Positions 19,761 through 30,206 are shown, counted from the stretch's first letter. The stretch is DNA of 64,000 nucleotides from Chlorobiota bacterium (GCA_026416585.1 JAOAEV010000008.1:65527-129526), one strand, 5' to 3'. Numbers and translations are program-made. Notes: generated by a model not told the origin, from the letters alone.

Positions 19761-20486
19761 ATGAAACGTATCGGATTGCTCTTGGCAGCTGTAGCTGTTG
19801 TGTATTGGCTTGGTGGCTGTAAGTCTGGCACTACATCTCCGAGCGAGACTCCTGACTATATGCCGATGGCAAGCGGCAACTACTGGGTGTATGAACGGTA
19901 CGAGCTTGACTCGAGTGGCCAACAGACTGGATCTGCGGCGTATGACTCTGTCGTGGTCGGAGCAGCTACACAACTTAGCGGGCGGACTGCTTACCCCTTC
20001 TATACCATCTCGAGCGATGGCTCTCGGGACACGACGTACTATTCTCGCGATGCCGATGGCACTGTGTGGCAGTACATGTCGTTTTCTGCCGGTGCAGAAT
20101 ACGGCTTACCAGAACTTTCAGCTCGATGGGTCAAAGTTGCAACGGTGGGAAGCGAAACAAACTGGACAGTTCTCGATACAACAATGACCGTGACTATTCC
20201 GAACGTTCCGGTACCGCTATCTGTACAATTCAAGGTAACCGGATCGAAGGGAGGGACTGAAACCGTTACGCTATCAGGAAAATCGTACACAGTACAGAAT
20301 TTCTCCCAGACCCTGACGATAACGGTTGTTGGAGGGCTCGCGAATGCCAACGCAACACTCAATGCAGGATTTGTTTCTGGAATCGGTCGTGTTAAATCTC
20401 ACAGTACCTGGACTATCACGATAACCGGTTCTCCAACCCAAACCAGCGGATCTGAAGATATGCTTGTCAGATGGCGGATCAAATAA
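19761..20486 (+). CDS. hypothetical lipoprotein
   Basis: Start chosen at MKRIGLLLAAVAVVYWLGGCKS (lipobox), because the longer ORF would overlap the tRNA. Thr/Ser-rich and predicted beta-rich. Confidence 0.5.
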   Translation: MKRIGLLLAAVAVVYWLGGCKSGTTSPSETPDYMPMASGNYWVYERYELDSSGQQTGSAAYDSVVVGAATQLSGRTAYPFYTISSDGSRDTTYYSRDADGTVWQYMSFSAGAEYGLPELSARWVKVATVGSETNWTVLDTTMTVTIPNVPVPLSVQFKVTGSKGGTETVTLSGKSYTVQNFSQTLTITVVGGLANANATLNAGFVSGIGRVKSHSTWTITITGSPTQTSGSEDMLVRWRIK

Positions 20487-20506
20487 TAATGGCTTTATCT
20501 CTCTGC

Positions 20507-20542
20507 AAAACGAGCGCCCCGGTTAGGGGCGCTCGTTTTTTT
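20507..20542. terminator. bidirectional rho-independent terminator hairpin
   Basis: AAAACGAGCGCCCC-GGTTA-GGGGCGCTCGTTTTTTT. A perfect 11-bp GC-rich stem flanked by an A-run on one side and a T-run on the other, between convergent genes. Confidence 0.7.
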
Positions 20543-21359
20543 GTCGTCGTGCCAGATAAATATCGAAGTTACCAGAGCGATTGCTCACAAAAAGTAAATC
20601 GCCATTGGGCAGAATACACGGATCGCGATCGTCAGTGGCTGAATTAATTGAAATCAGTGGCAGCGGAGGTTGCCACTGCCCCGCCGACCGAACAGTCATG
20701 TATAAATCAAAGCTGCCCCTGCCTCCAAAACCGTCCGACGCAAAGAGCAACGTATCGTTACCGACAAAGCATGGTGTAATTTCATAGCCAGGCGATTGCT
20801 CGAAACCGTCGAGAGGATAGGGAATGCTCCACTGCGAGCCATTCCACCGGCTCACCCAGAGATCGGTTGGTAGCTGTCGAGCATCATTTGTTGTTGCAAA
20901 GATGAGGGTTTTACTATCGGATGACAATGTCGGGTACATTGCAAAGCGTTCAGGTAATTCGAGTTCAGCAATTGGCACTGCCACACCAGCATCGCGACGC
21001 GGAAGAGGTGCGATGACAAGTGCAGTGTAGCGCTGACGCTTTCCTTGGACGAGGCGATGCCCGACCCAATGCACACCATTGAATGACGCGTACAGAATCG
21101 AATCACGGATTGTGTCAAGAGGAACGGTATCGGTAGCAATTAGTCGGTCAACCGAGCAATGCCGGCAAGCTAACACAACCAAAACATCGTGAAGTTGTCG
21201 GGCAAAGTATAACGTCGAATCAGCCGGTGACCATGCAGGCGCGAATTCGTCTGACTGGGTTGAAAGTACAGCGATACGTACCGGATCAGACCATTGTCCG
21301 TAGCAAAATGCCGACACACACAGCGCAAGACCAACAAGTAATTTTGGAACAGACTTCAT
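20523..21359 (-). CDS. TolB-like / WD40-like beta-propeller (PD40) repeat protein, secreted
   Basis: 278 aa. Signal peptide and repeated PD40-like segments (LYFARQ, LIFATTND, DLYMTVR, LLFVSNRSGNFDIYLARR). Confidence 0.6.
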   Translation of the reverse strand: MKSVPKLLVGLALCVSAFCYGQWSDPVRIAVLSTQSDEFAPAWSPADSTLYFARQLHDVLVVLACRHCSVDRLIATDTVPLDTIRDSILYASFNGVHWVGHRLVQGKRQRYTALVIAPLPRRDAGVAVPIAELELPERFAMYPTLSSDSKTLIFATTNDARQLPTDLWVSRWNGSQWSIPYPLDGFEQSPGYEITPCFVGNDTLLFASDGFGGRGSFDLYMTVRSAGQWQPPLPLISINSATDDRDPCILPNGDLLFVSNRSGNFDIYLARRQKNERP

Positions 21360-21374
21360 TGAGTGTAGCGATCT

Positions 21375-22250
21375 ATGAATGCGACTTTTCGATCAGCAAT
21401 AGTGTTAGGCGTACTGCTTCTATTTGCAGCATGTGGTGAACACGATCGCACTCCAGCTACTATCCCGCCACCAGGCAGTGACACACTTTTTAGCGTGCCC
21501 TCCCAATACAAGAATTCTCTGCTGAAGTTTTCCGACATAGACGGTGATGGCTGGCGTGATGCACTTCTTGTTGTACACCATTCATCACACATCACCAGAG
21601 AGCAAAGCGATTCATTACTCGTGTTTCGATTTGATCCATCCACTGCTCGTCACGCCCTTGTTGGGACATATGCAGACATCGGTCTTTATGACGTTACCGT
21701 TGTTGAACATCGTTCAGTTAATCAGCCTATCATTGTTGCGTTGCTCTATGGCGGCGGCAACGATGCAGTTACATACGGCAAAGTTCTACTGGTTTGGCGC
21801 AATAATCAACTTGACAACATTGCGGAGGCACCATGGGGCGATCCGCGACTGGTCGATGTAGACTCACTGCTCGTACTGGAAATTCATCAAACATTTTCAG
21901 GAATGCTGCCGCATGCGCTCGCAGTTGAGTATGCTGACTCGCTGGTTGTGGTCGGTACATCGTCACCGCCATATCGTGAGCTTCTCGAGCGGCGCCTGGC
22001 ACGGTATCTGCAAATGCTTGATTCGCTCTGGGACACGCCTGCCAGTAGCTCTATGTTACAGTGGGATGACATCACAAGCAAAATTATCAGTTGTATCAAT
22101 CTTGAGTCAAAGCGCCGCGGTACGGCAGCTGCACAGTCACTGTACCATCGCCTCCGTAACCGATGGTATAAACGACTGCCGACTCAATACCGTCAACTGC
22201 TCGACGATTTTGCTGCCGGCTTGGGAGATGAATTCTCGTTCATCCGATAG
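21375..22250 (+). CDS. hypothetical lipoprotein
   Basis: 291 aa with a lipoprotein signal (VLLLFAACGEHD). No recognisable domain. Its 3' end overlaps the convergent GT2 gene by 58 bp. Confidence 0.45.
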   Translation: MNATFRSAIVLGVLLLFAACGEHDRTPATIPPPGSDTLFSVPSQYKNSLLKFSDIDGDGWRDALLVVHHSSHITREQSDSLLVFRFDPSTARHALVGTYADIGLYDVTVVEHRSVNQPIIVALLYGGGNDAVTYGKVLLVWRNNQLDNIAEAPWGDPRLVDVDSLLVLEIHQTFSGMLPHALAVEYADSLVVVGTSSPPYRELLERRLARYLQMLDSLWDTPASSSMLQWDDITSKIISCINLESKRRGTAAAQSLYHRLRNRWYKRLPTQYRQLLDDFAAGLGDEFSFIR

Positions 22251-23032
22251 CGCGGATGTACGTAGAGTCCCCAACGTGCAAGAACATGTTGCACCGACAC
22301 ACGTAATACCCCTAACCCATACCGGACACTTCGCCAGAAGTTTATCGAGGAAGCTTCATCGAAGTATCGTGTCGGGCAGGTAATTTCAGCAACTTCGAAG
22401 CCTGCATAAATAATCTGCGAGAGCATTTCATTGTCAAAAACAAAATCATCACTATTGGCATTCAGTCGGATGCTACGGAGCACATTACTGCTAAATGCGC
22501 GATAGCCGGTGTGATACTCCGAAAGTTTTGCACCAGTAAACAAATTTTGTACAAATGTCAAAACACGATTTGCGATATACTTGTAAAGCGGCATTCCGCC
22601 TTTTCGAGCGCCATTGCCGAGAATCCGCGAGCCCAACACAACTGGGTAGACATTGCTGGCAATAATGCTCGCCATGGGAAGGATGAGTTTCGGTGTGTAT
22701 TGGTAGTCCGGATGCAGCATGATGATAATGTCAGCCCCCAACTCAAGTGCATGCCGATAGCACGTTTTTTGATTTCCTCCATAGCCGCGATTGCGCTCGT
22801 GAACAACGATATGGCGAATACCAATTCGCCGTGCAAGATCAACGGTACGGTCACGACTGGCATCGTCTACGAGAATTACTTCGTCAACAATGTGGTGCGG
22901 TATTTCTGCATACGTTCGTTCGAGTGTACGTTCTGCATTATAAGCTGGCAAGACAACAACAATTTTTTTGCCATCGAGCATGTCAAATTCTGCGTCGTGA
23001 ACACACGATGCAAATATCAATAGCATACTCAC
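22193..23032 (-). CDS. family-2 glycosyltransferase (dolichyl/polyprenyl-phosphate sugar transferase-like)
   Basis: 279 aa. GT2 motifs (VVLPAYNAE, ILVDDAS.D.T, DADxQ-like PDYQY). Confidence 0.75.
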   Translation of the reverse strand: MSMLLIFASCVHDAEFDMLDGKKIVVVLPAYNAERTLERTYAEIPHHIVDEVILVDDASRDRTVDLARRIGIRHIVVHERNRGYGGNQKTCYRHALELGADIIIMLHPDYQYTPKLILPMASIIASNVYPVVLGSRILGNGARKGGMPLYKYIANRVLTFVQNLFTGAKLSEYHTGYRAFSSNVLRSIRLNANSDDFVFDNEMLSQIIYAGFEVAEITCPTRYFDEASSINFWRSVRYGLGVLRVSVQHVLARWGLYVHPRYRMNENSSPKPAAKSSSS

Positions 23033-23090
23033 AGCAGAGTCTTTCGCATTTTTGCATACATTTTGTATTCATTACTCATCAAGTCAAAAC

Positions 23091-24203
23091 ATGATTATTG
23101 GAGTCCCCAAAGAAATCAAGGCAAACGAGAATCGCGTTGCTATCACCCCTGGCGGTGTTGAAATGTTTGTCCGGCACCGGCACAGTGTTCTGATTGAATC
23201 ATCTGCTGGTGTTGGTAGCGGCTTCAATGACGAGGCGTACAAACGGGCGGGGGCGACAATCGTTGGCTCCGCATCTGAAGTCTACGCCGGTGCAGAAATG
23301 ATCTTGAAGGTCAAAGAGCCAATTACTTCGGAGTATGAGCTTATTCGCCCCGGACAGGTAGTATTTACATACTTTCATGCTGCCGCCTCGCGTGAGTTGA
23401 CTGAAGCCATGATTCGAGCGCGTTGTATTGGTATTGCATATGAGACCGTACAGAAAGCAGATGGCTCGCTACCCCTGTTGATTCCGATGAGTGAAGTAGC
23501 GGGACGGATGGCACCACAAAACGGTGCAAAATATCTCGAGCGCACAATGGGTGGACGCGGTGTTTTGCTTGGTGGGGTACCTGGCACTCAGCCGGGGACA
23601 GTTGTCATTTTGGGAGGCGGCGTTGTTGGAACAAATGCTGCAAAAATTGCCGCCGGCTTTGGTGCACGCGTTATTATCCTTGATAACAACTTGTATCGGC
23701 TTCGCTATCTTGATGATGTAATGCCGAAAAATGTCACGACGATGATGTCCACTCCTGAGAACATTCGTACTGTAATTCGGGAAGCAGATATTCTTATCGG
23801 AGCAGTTCTAATACCGGGTGCAAAAGCTCCCTACTTAGTCACACGCGATATGCTGCCGACGATGAAAACAGGTGCCGTTATTGTAGATGTTTCCGTTGAT
23901 CAAGGAGGTTGCATCGAGACAACCCATCCGACAACCCACGAAAACCCAACATTTGTAGTGGATGGTGTGGTGCACTACTGCGTTGCGAATATGCCCGGCG
24001 CAGTTCCTTTTACCTCGACAATTGCACTAACAAATGCCACAATTCCGTATGCATTGGAGTTGGCAGATAAAGGCTGGCAGCAGGCAGTACGAGAAAATCG
24101 CGAGCTGTGGCATGGGCTGAACTTTATTGACGGCCACATCACCTATCGTGCTGTGGCAGACGCATTTGGTATACCTTATACCGATCCAGCAACACTCTTG
24201 TAA
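23091..24203 (+). CDS. ald: alanine dehydrogenase
   Basis: About 371 aa from MIIGVPKEIKANE. Rossmann GGGVVGTNAA and the AlaDH/PNT N- and C-terminal domains. Confidence 0.9.
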   Translation: MIIGVPKEIKANENRVAITPGGVEMFVRHRHSVLIESSAGVGSGFNDEAYKRAGATIVGSASEVYAGAEMILKVKEPITSEYELIRPGQVVFTYFHAAASRELTEAMIRARCIGIAYETVQKADGSLPLLIPMSEVAGRMAPQNGAKYLERTMGGRGVLLGGVPGTQPGTVVILGGGVVGTNAAKIAAGFGARVIILDNNLYRLRYLDDVMPKNVTTMMSTPENIRTVIREADILIGAVLIPGAKAPYLVTRDMLPTMKTGAVIVDVSVDQGGCIETTHPTTHENPTFVVDGVVHYCVANMPGAVPFTSTIALTNATIPYALELADKGWQQAVRENRELWHGLNFIDGHITYRAVADAFGIPYTDPATLL

Positions 24204-24731
24204 TCACTCCTGGTCATGCTCTGGCACACCCGGTGTAACCCGCTTGCCGGGTGGGGTGCTCGGCTGATCAACTGTGGGGCGCTCCGATTCTGACTCGCTG
24301 CGCCGAGACGGCTGTGTTGGTGGTGCAAGTTCTTCTTCGATAGCCGAATCGGTAGGCACAACAAGTGGCAGAACGTGTGGCGCAGGTATCGTATGGTGTT
24401 CGCGTGAGCTCGATGACCGCGTGCTGGCAAAGTAGTAAGCAATCCCCCCAACAATTGCAGCACCAACACCAATAGCAATCCACGTGCGTGGCGATGCCAA
24501 CCGAAGACGGCGCGGTCGCAAATGGCGACTCAACGATTCACACTCCCGCAATCGTGAAAGAACTTTTTCCTCAAAGCCTTCTGGTGCTGAGGCATGGGGG
24601 AGTTGCTCTTTCATCATGCGACGGAGCAGCACTGTCTCCTCGAATCCAAGTGGTGCAGTTACCCGCGGCAATTGCCGCAAGAGGTTACTTGCCTCGGGAT
24701 GTTCGTGATTATCAGGTGCAGAGTCGATCAT
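24204..24731 (-). CDS. putative anti-sigma factor (Pro-rich, one TM segment)
   Basis: 175 aa, immediately downstream of an ECF sigma factor with a 4-bp overlap. Central TM helix (IAIGVGAAIVGGIAYYFA) and a Pro/Ser-rich extracytoplasmic tail. Confidence 0.5.
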   Translation of the reverse strand: MIDSAPDNHEHPEASNLLRQLPRVTAPLGFEETVLLRRMMKEQLPHASAPEGFEEKVLSRLRECESLSRHLRPRRLRLASPRTWIAIGVGAAIVGGIAYYFASTRSSSSREHHTIPAPHVLPLVVPTDSAIEEELAPPTQPSRRSESESERPTVDQPSTPPGKRVTPGVPEHDQE

Positions 24732-25330
24732 TGCGACTGCTTTCCATAAAGTTCTTCATATACATCGTGCAGCAATTCTTGCAACATGGCCCGGCCCCGG
24801 TTGATACGGGATTTGACTGTACCGAGTTCTACATTGCACACGTCGGCGATTTCTTCGTAGGTTAGTTCTTCAATGTCGCGCAAAATCACTGCTTCGCGAT
24901 AGACTGCGGGCAGCTTTCTGAGCGCTTCCTGAATGCGTTGGGCAATGATAGTCGAGTCCACTGTCCGATCAGGCGTATATGTCGAATCTGGTATATCACG
25001 CTCGACCTCCTGCCCATCGTCGTCCGTTTCTACAAGCCGTGACACGGGATGGCGCCTTTGTTCGTTGAGAATAGATAACGCCACATTCCGCGCGATTGCA
25101 TATAACCACGTTTTTAAGCGCGCACCACGCTGAAACGTCTCAATGAAACGGAACACGCGAATAAATGTCTCCTGCGCCACATCAACCGCATTGTCATACG
25201 AGCCAACAAAACGATAGGCGAAGTTGACCAGGTCATCCTTGTAAACCCGCATCAACTCGCGGAATCCTTCTTCTTTCCGCTCCATGAGCAGTTCGACGAG
25301 TGTTTGCTCGTCTATGCTTGCGCGTCCCAT
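24728..25330 (-). CDS. ECF-type RNA polymerase sigma-70 factor (sigma-24 family)
   Basis: 200 aa with sigma-70 region 2 (ETFIRVFRFIETFQ...TWLYAIARN) and region 4 HTH (LTYEEIADV). Confidence 0.88.
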   Translation of the reverse strand: MGRASIDEQTLVELLMERKEEGFRELMRVYKDDLVNFAYRFVGSYDNAVDVAQETFIRVFRFIETFQRGARLKTWLYAIARNVALSILNEQRRHPVSRLVETDDDGQEVERDIPDSTYTPDRTVDSTIIAQRIQEALRKLPAVYREAVILRDIEELTYEEIADVCNVELGTVKSRINRGRAMLQELLHDVYEELYGKQSQ

Positions 25331-25372
25331 AGACTCAAATGACGTGCGATTTGTTTCCTAACTATTGCCAAA

Positions 25373-26710
25373 TTACATCACAAGCTTTGTGAGCGCTTCG
25401 CTTAAGTTATATGCAGTACAAAGCTCGATACCTACACTCTGAATAGGGACAGCAGGTGGAACGACAGCAGAGCTAAATCCCAGTTTCGCTGCTTCGTTGA
25501 GGCGAGTATCCATAGAGGACACTTGTCGCAGTTCCCCCGTAAGACCAACTTCACCGATCGCAACAACTCGTTCTGCAATCGTGCGATTGTGCAGCGCACT
25601 AACAAGAGCTGCACACACTGCAATATCAGCTCCTGGATCTCGCAGTACAAAACCGCCAGCTATATTAACAAATACATCACAACGAATAAAATCCAAACCA
25701 AGTCGCCTTTCCAATACAGCAATAAGCATCTGCAGGCGCTTGTAGTCGAAACCTGTTGTAACTCTCTGCGGCATACCATACCCACTCTGCATCACTAATG
25801 CTTGAATTTCCACGAGTAAAGCTCGACTTCCTTCAATAACCGCAGTTACCGCAGTACCGGGAGCTGGTGTCGCACGGTCACTCAAGAAAAGTGTGCTCGG
25901 ATTGCGTACCTCAGCCAACCCGCATTTGCTCATCTCAAATACACCAATCTCGTTGGTTGAACCGTACCGATTCTTGATTGCCCGCAAGATGCGATATGCA
26001 TAGTTCCCCTCACCCTCGAATTGAATCACCACATCGACCATATGTTCAAGTACCTTCGGTCCTGCCAGCATCCCCTCTTTGGTAACGTGACCGACTAAAA
26101 AGATAGGAATACCTGTTTGTTTGGCGACCTGTACAAGTTGCGCTGCACAATAGCGAACTTGTCCGATGCTACCAGAAAGCGACTCCAATTGACGTCCATA
26201 CATCGTCTGGATAGAATCAATAATCACGATGCCAGGTGCTTGGGATGCGATCGTTGCGGCAATATCTTCAACAGCTTGTTCAGTGAGGACCAAGATACCT
26301 TCTTGCTCAATACCAAGACGTTGAGCACGATAGTGGATTTGCTCGAGAGATTCTTCCCCTGTGATGTAGAGTGGATTGCGTTGTGCAAATCGTGCACATA
26401 GCTGCAGCATCAACGTTGACTTCCCTACACCGGGATCTCCACCTATGACAGTAACTGAACCTGGAACAATACCTCCGCCCATGACCCGATCAAATTCCTC
26501 GATACCACTGCGGAGACGCTCAACCGTTGTCTGAGCAATACTCGTCAGCGGTACTGGCTCCAACGCGCGATGTTCGGTTCGTTTAGTATCATCGCCTCGT
26601 TCGATTTCTTCGACAAGCGCTCCCCATGCACCACAAGAAGGGCACTTACCTAACCACTTGAGTGAGCGATAGCCACACTCCTGGCATACGTACACCGAAC
26701 GTGTTTTCAT
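25373..26710 (-). CDS. radA: DNA repair protein RadA/Sms
   Basis: 445 aa. N-terminal C4 zinc finger (CxxCG...CxxCG), RecA-like Walker A GDPGVGKSTL, KNRYG motif, and Lon-protease-like C-terminus. Confidence 0.93.
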   Translation of the reverse strand: MKTRSVYVCQECGYRSLKWLGKCPSCGAWGALVEEIERGDDTKRTEHRALEPVPLTSIAQTTVERLRSGIEEFDRVMGGGIVPGSVTVIGGDPGVGKSTLMLQLCARFAQRNPLYITGEESLEQIHYRAQRLGIEQEGILVLTEQAVEDIAATIASQAPGIVIIDSIQTMYGRQLESLSGSIGQVRYCAAQLVQVAKQTGIPIFLVGHVTKEGMLAGPKVLEHMVDVVIQFEGEGNYAYRILRAIKNRYGSTNEIGVFEMSKCGLAEVRNPSTLFLSDRATPAPGTAVTAVIEGSRALLVEIQALVMQSGYGMPQRVTTGFDYKRLQMLIAVLERRLGLDFIRCDVFVNIAGGFVLRDPGADIAVCAALVSALHNRTIAERVVAIGEVGLTGELRQVSSMDTRLNEAAKLGFSSAVVPPAVPIQSVGIELCTAYNLSEALTKLVM

Positions 26711-26754
26711 TGAAAAGCGACTTGGACGGTACGCTGCCAGCGAATTTAGTGTAC

Positions 26755-27639
26755 TTACGACTGACGAAGCGCCTCAGCACCACCGACAATCTCGAGCATC
26801 TCCTTCGTGATCGCGGCCTGACGAGCTTTGTTATACTCCAATTGGAGTGACGTGATCAAATCACGGGCGTTTGTAGTTGCATTGTCCATTGCAACCATTC
26901 GTGCCGCATGCTCAGCTGCATGCGATTCGAGAAGGGCAGACCATATTTGCAGATTCACATATTGTGGCAGGAGTGCCTCTAAAATTTCTGCCCGAGAAGG
27001 TTCATAGATATAGTCACCTGCATCACGATGTTCTTCCTGATGAGCAGTTTCAATCGGCAGTACTTGTTTGCGTCGCACTTCCTGCCGCAAAATCGAACGG
27101 AACTCATTGTACAGAACGTACACCCGGTCGTATTCTCCGCTAATGAAACCATCCCCTACGCGTGGGGCAATCTGAAGCACAGTGGAAAAATCCAAGCGCC
27201 CGAACACATCAGGGAGGGAAAGCACAAGCCAATCGGAGCGCCGCTGGAAGAATTGTACCGCACGCTTGCCAACAGCGATCACGTGTGTTTTTGCTTTAGG
27301 AAATTCATCAGGTATTCGGCGCTCGATGTAATATTGAGCCGCTTTGAGAATATTCGAATTGAAAGCACCACATAAGCCGCGATCGCTGGCAACAATGATC
27401 AAAAGTACATTCCGCACATCAGGGCGTTCTTCAAAGAACGGGTGAACAAAGCTGTACCGCTCTGCTTGTGCCAGGTTCTGTAGTATCTCAGCAACTTTCG
27501 CTGCATATGGGCGAGCGGCGATAATTGCGTTCTGTGCTTTGCGCAACTTCGCTGCTGCTACCATCCGCATTGCGGAAGTGATTTGCGATGTGCTTTTGAT
27601 TGCTACAATGCGTCTGCGAATGTCGCGAAGTGTCGCCAT
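26755..27639 (-). CDS. atpG: F0F1 ATP synthase subunit gamma
   Basis: Start at MATLRDIRRRI. Gamma-subunit N-terminal (ITSAMRMVAAAKLRKAQ) and C-terminal (ITKEMLEIVGGAEAL) helices. Confidence 0.92.
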   Translation of the reverse strand: MATLRDIRRRIVAIKSTSQITSAMRMVAAAKLRKAQNAIIAARPYAAKVAEILQNLAQAERYSFVHPFFEERPDVRNVLLIIVASDRGLCGAFNSNILKAAQYYIERRIPDEFPKAKTHVIAVGKRAVQFFQRRSDWLVLSLPDVFGRLDFSTVLQIAPRVGDGFISGEYDRVYVLYNEFRSILRQEVRRKQVLPIETAHQEEHRDAGDYIYEPSRAEILEALLPQYVNLQIWSALLESHAAEHAARMVAMDNATTNARDLITSLQLEYNKARQAAITKEMLEIVGGAEALRQS

Positions 27640-27650
27640 GATGGATTCTC

Positions 27651-28637
27651 TTACAAGTATTGCCAGGGACAAACAAGATGATTCCGGACATAATCCTCGA
27701 CAGCATCTTCCAAAGACGTTGTCGGGAGCTGCCAGCCTCGCTGGCGAAACTCTTCTGCCAAGGGTTTCATATCAGCTTGCGTGAAGTTCTGATACTGTCC
27801 ACGCAGCTCTTCCGGCATAGGAATGTATACAATGGATGGTTCACGATCCATTGCAGCGAACACTGCCCGCGCTAAATTATTCCATGACCGTGCAGTGCCG
27901 CTCCCGATGTTGTAGATGCCACGGATTGGTCGCTCTGATCGTTGCGTATAAACAATTTGCCAGACAATCTCCGCAACGTCTTTAACGTACACGAAATCGC
28001 GCTGCTGTTCACCATTGGCATATTCAGGAGATGTGCTTTCAAACAAATGCACTCTCCCTGTTCGTTGAATCTGTCCGAACGATTTAAACACCATACTTGC
28101 CATTACGCCTTTATGATACTCATTCGGACCGAACACATTGAAAAACCGAAGCCCGCATACCTGATCAAGCAGCCCGCGTTCTTCGATCCAGCAATCAAAG
28201 AGATACTTACTCATCGCATATGGGTTGAGCGGGCGCAACTGGTGTGTTTGTCCCACACTCCAACCGTGTTCGCCACTGCCATACACAGATGCACTACTGG
28301 CATAGATGAATGGTATGCCCCGCGAAAGCGCATATTCAGCCAGTCGCACGCTGTAGCGGTAGTTATTGGATGCGAGAAATTCTGCATTCCGTTCGGTTGT
28401 ATCGGTTCGAGCACCAAAATGGATGACCGCTTCAAGATCACCGATCGTATCGTGCTCAATTCCGGAGAGAAATTCCTCTGGCGTTGCGAGGTATCGGAAG
28501 CGCTTACCGATAAGATTTTTCCACTTCGCATTTTCGCCCAACCGGTCAACGACGCACACATCGCTGACACCTGCAGCATTTAGGCGCCATAGCAGGATAC
28601 TTCCGATAAAGCCTGCACCGCCTGTGAGGACTATCAT
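27651..28637 (-). CDS. hldD: ADP-L-glycero-D-manno-heptose-6-epimerase-like NAD-dependent epimerase
   Basis: 328 aa. TGGAGFIGS Rossmann, the YxxxK SDR-e catalytic motif (YAMSKY), and a length and motif pattern matching HldD/RfaD. Confidence 0.7.
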   Translation of the reverse strand: MIVLTGGAGFIGSILLWRLNAAGVSDVCVVDRLGENAKWKNLIGKRFRYLATPEEFLSGIEHDTIGDLEAVIHFGARTDTTERNAEFLASNNYRYSVRLAEYALSRGIPFIYASSASVYGSGEHGWSVGQTHQLRPLNPYAMSKYLFDCWIEERGLLDQVCGLRFFNVFGPNEYHKGVMASMVFKSFGQIQRTGRVHLFESTSPEYANGEQQRDFVYVKDVAEIVWQIVYTQRSERPIRGIYNIGSGTARSWNNLARAVFAAMDREPSIVYIPMPEELRGQYQNFTQADMKPLAEEFRQRGWQLPTTSLEDAVEDYVRNHLVCPWQYL

Positions 28638-30206
28638 TCATCCTGCTGCGACGGTGCGACGGCGAAATCCTTCTACGAATGCCTTGAGCACTGCATCAAG
28701 CTTCTCCTTGATTTCTGGCGTCAGATCTTTTGTTGTTGCGATTGCGTCAAGGAGATCAACATGCGCGGTGTCGAGAAATTCGTAGAGTTCCTGTTCGAAT
28801 GTTTGGAGCGATTCAACAGGCAAATCATCCACATACCCATTCGTCGCGGCATAAATGAGCGCAACTTGTTTTTCGACGGGTACGGGACTGTATTGTTTCT
28901 GCTTCATCAGCTCGACAAGCCGCGCTCCGCGACGGAGCTGCTGTTGTGTTGTTTTATCGAGGTCCGATCCAAACTTGGCAAATGCTTCCAGCGCACGATA
29001 CTGCGCCAGCTCCAGCTTGAGCGGCCCTGCTACCTTTTTCATCGCCTTGATCTGTGCATTACCACCGACCCGCGACACCGAGATTCCAATATTTAGTGCC
29101 GGACGGATTCCTGCATTGAACAAACTTGTCTCGAGATAGATTTGCCCATCGGTAATCGAGATAACGTTCGTCGGGATATAGGCAGACACGTCACCTGCTT
29201 GTGTTTCGATCACGGGTAACGCTGTTAGCGATCCTCCTCCATACCCATCGCTGAGTTTGGCTGCTCGTTCGAGCAAACGACTGTGGAGATAGAATACATC
29301 ACCTGGATAGGCTTCTCGCCCTGGAGGGCGACGCAACAGAAGCGATACCTGACGATATGCCGCCGCTTGTTTCGAAAGATCATCGTACACGATGAGCGCA
29401 TGCCGCCCACTATCGCGGAAATATTCACCCATCGCAGCACCACAGTATGGGGCAATGAATTGCAGAGGTGCTGGATCCGAGGCATTGGCAACCACGACAA
29501 TCGTGTAGTCAAGCGCACCATACTGCTCTAATGTCGCCACAACATTGGCTACCGTCGAGGCTTTCTGACCAATTGCTACGTAAATGCAGTACATTGGTTT
29601 GATTCCACGGCGCGCTGCTTCTTCGGTGTGTGTGTGACGCTGATTGATGATTGTGTCAATCGCAACAGCAGTTTTTCCGGTCTGTCGGTCACCAATGATC
29701 AATTCACGCTGCCCCCGGCCAATGGGAATGAGTGCATCGATTGCTTTGATTCCCGTTTGCAGTGGCTCTTTGACGGGCTGACGATAAACAACACCAACAG
29801 CTTTGCGCTCGATCGGTAGTGCGTGTGGTGTCTCGATTGGACCTTTACCATCGATCGGCACACCGAGTGGATTGACTACGCGCCCAAGCAGTGCTTCGCC
29901 GACTGGCACCGATGCAATGCGACCAGTGCGTCGAACAGTGTCTCCTTCCTTGACCAAACGGTCGTCACCAAAGAGAACCACACCGACGTTATCTTCCTCG
30001 AGATTGAGCGCAATGCCCATGACACCGTTGGGGAATTCGATCAGTTCTGACGCCATGCATCTGGTCAAGCCATAGACACGTGCGACGCCGTCACCGACTT
30101 GTAAAACAGTACCGACTTCTTCGATTTCCGCCTCAAGCTCGAAGCCGGATAGCTGCTTGCGGAGAATTGCCGAAATTTCTTCTGGACGAACTTCAATCAT
30201 TGTCAC
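28638..30206 (-). CDS. atpA: F0F1 ATP synthase subunit alpha
   Basis: 522 aa with Walker A GDRQTGKT and conserved alpha-subunit regions. Confidence 0.95.
   Translation of the reverse strand: MTMIEVRPEEISAILRKQLSGFELEAEIEEVGTVLQVGDGVARVYGLTRCMASELIEFPNGVMGIALNLEEDNVGVVLFGDDRLVKEGDTVRRTGRIASVPVGEALLGRVVNPLGVPIDGKGPIETPHALPIERKAVGVVYRQPVKEPLQTGIKAIDALIPIGRGQRELIIGDRQTGKTAVAIDTIINQRHTHTEEAARRGIKPMYCIYVAIGQKASTVANVVATLEQYGALDYTIVVVANASDPAPLQFIAPYCGAAMGEYFRDSGRHALIVYDDLSKQAAAYRQVSLLLRRPPGREAYPGDVFYLHSRLLERAAKLSDGYGGGSLTALPVIETQAGDVSAYIPTNVISITDGQIYLETSLFNAGIRPALNIGISVSRVGGNAQIKAMKKVAGPLKLELAQYRALEAFAKFGSDLDKTTQQQLRRGARLVELMKQKQYSPVPVEKQVALIYAATNGYVDDLPVESLQTFEQELYEFLDTAHVDLLDAIATTKDLTPEIKEKLDAVLKAFVEGFRRRTVAAG

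Noticed and set aside
23052-23090. N-terminal extension of alanine dehydrogenase (MHTFCIHYSSSQN…)
   Set aside because: Ald proteins begin MIIGVPKEIK. The extension is unconserved-looking and Ser-rich, so the start was moved to 23091.
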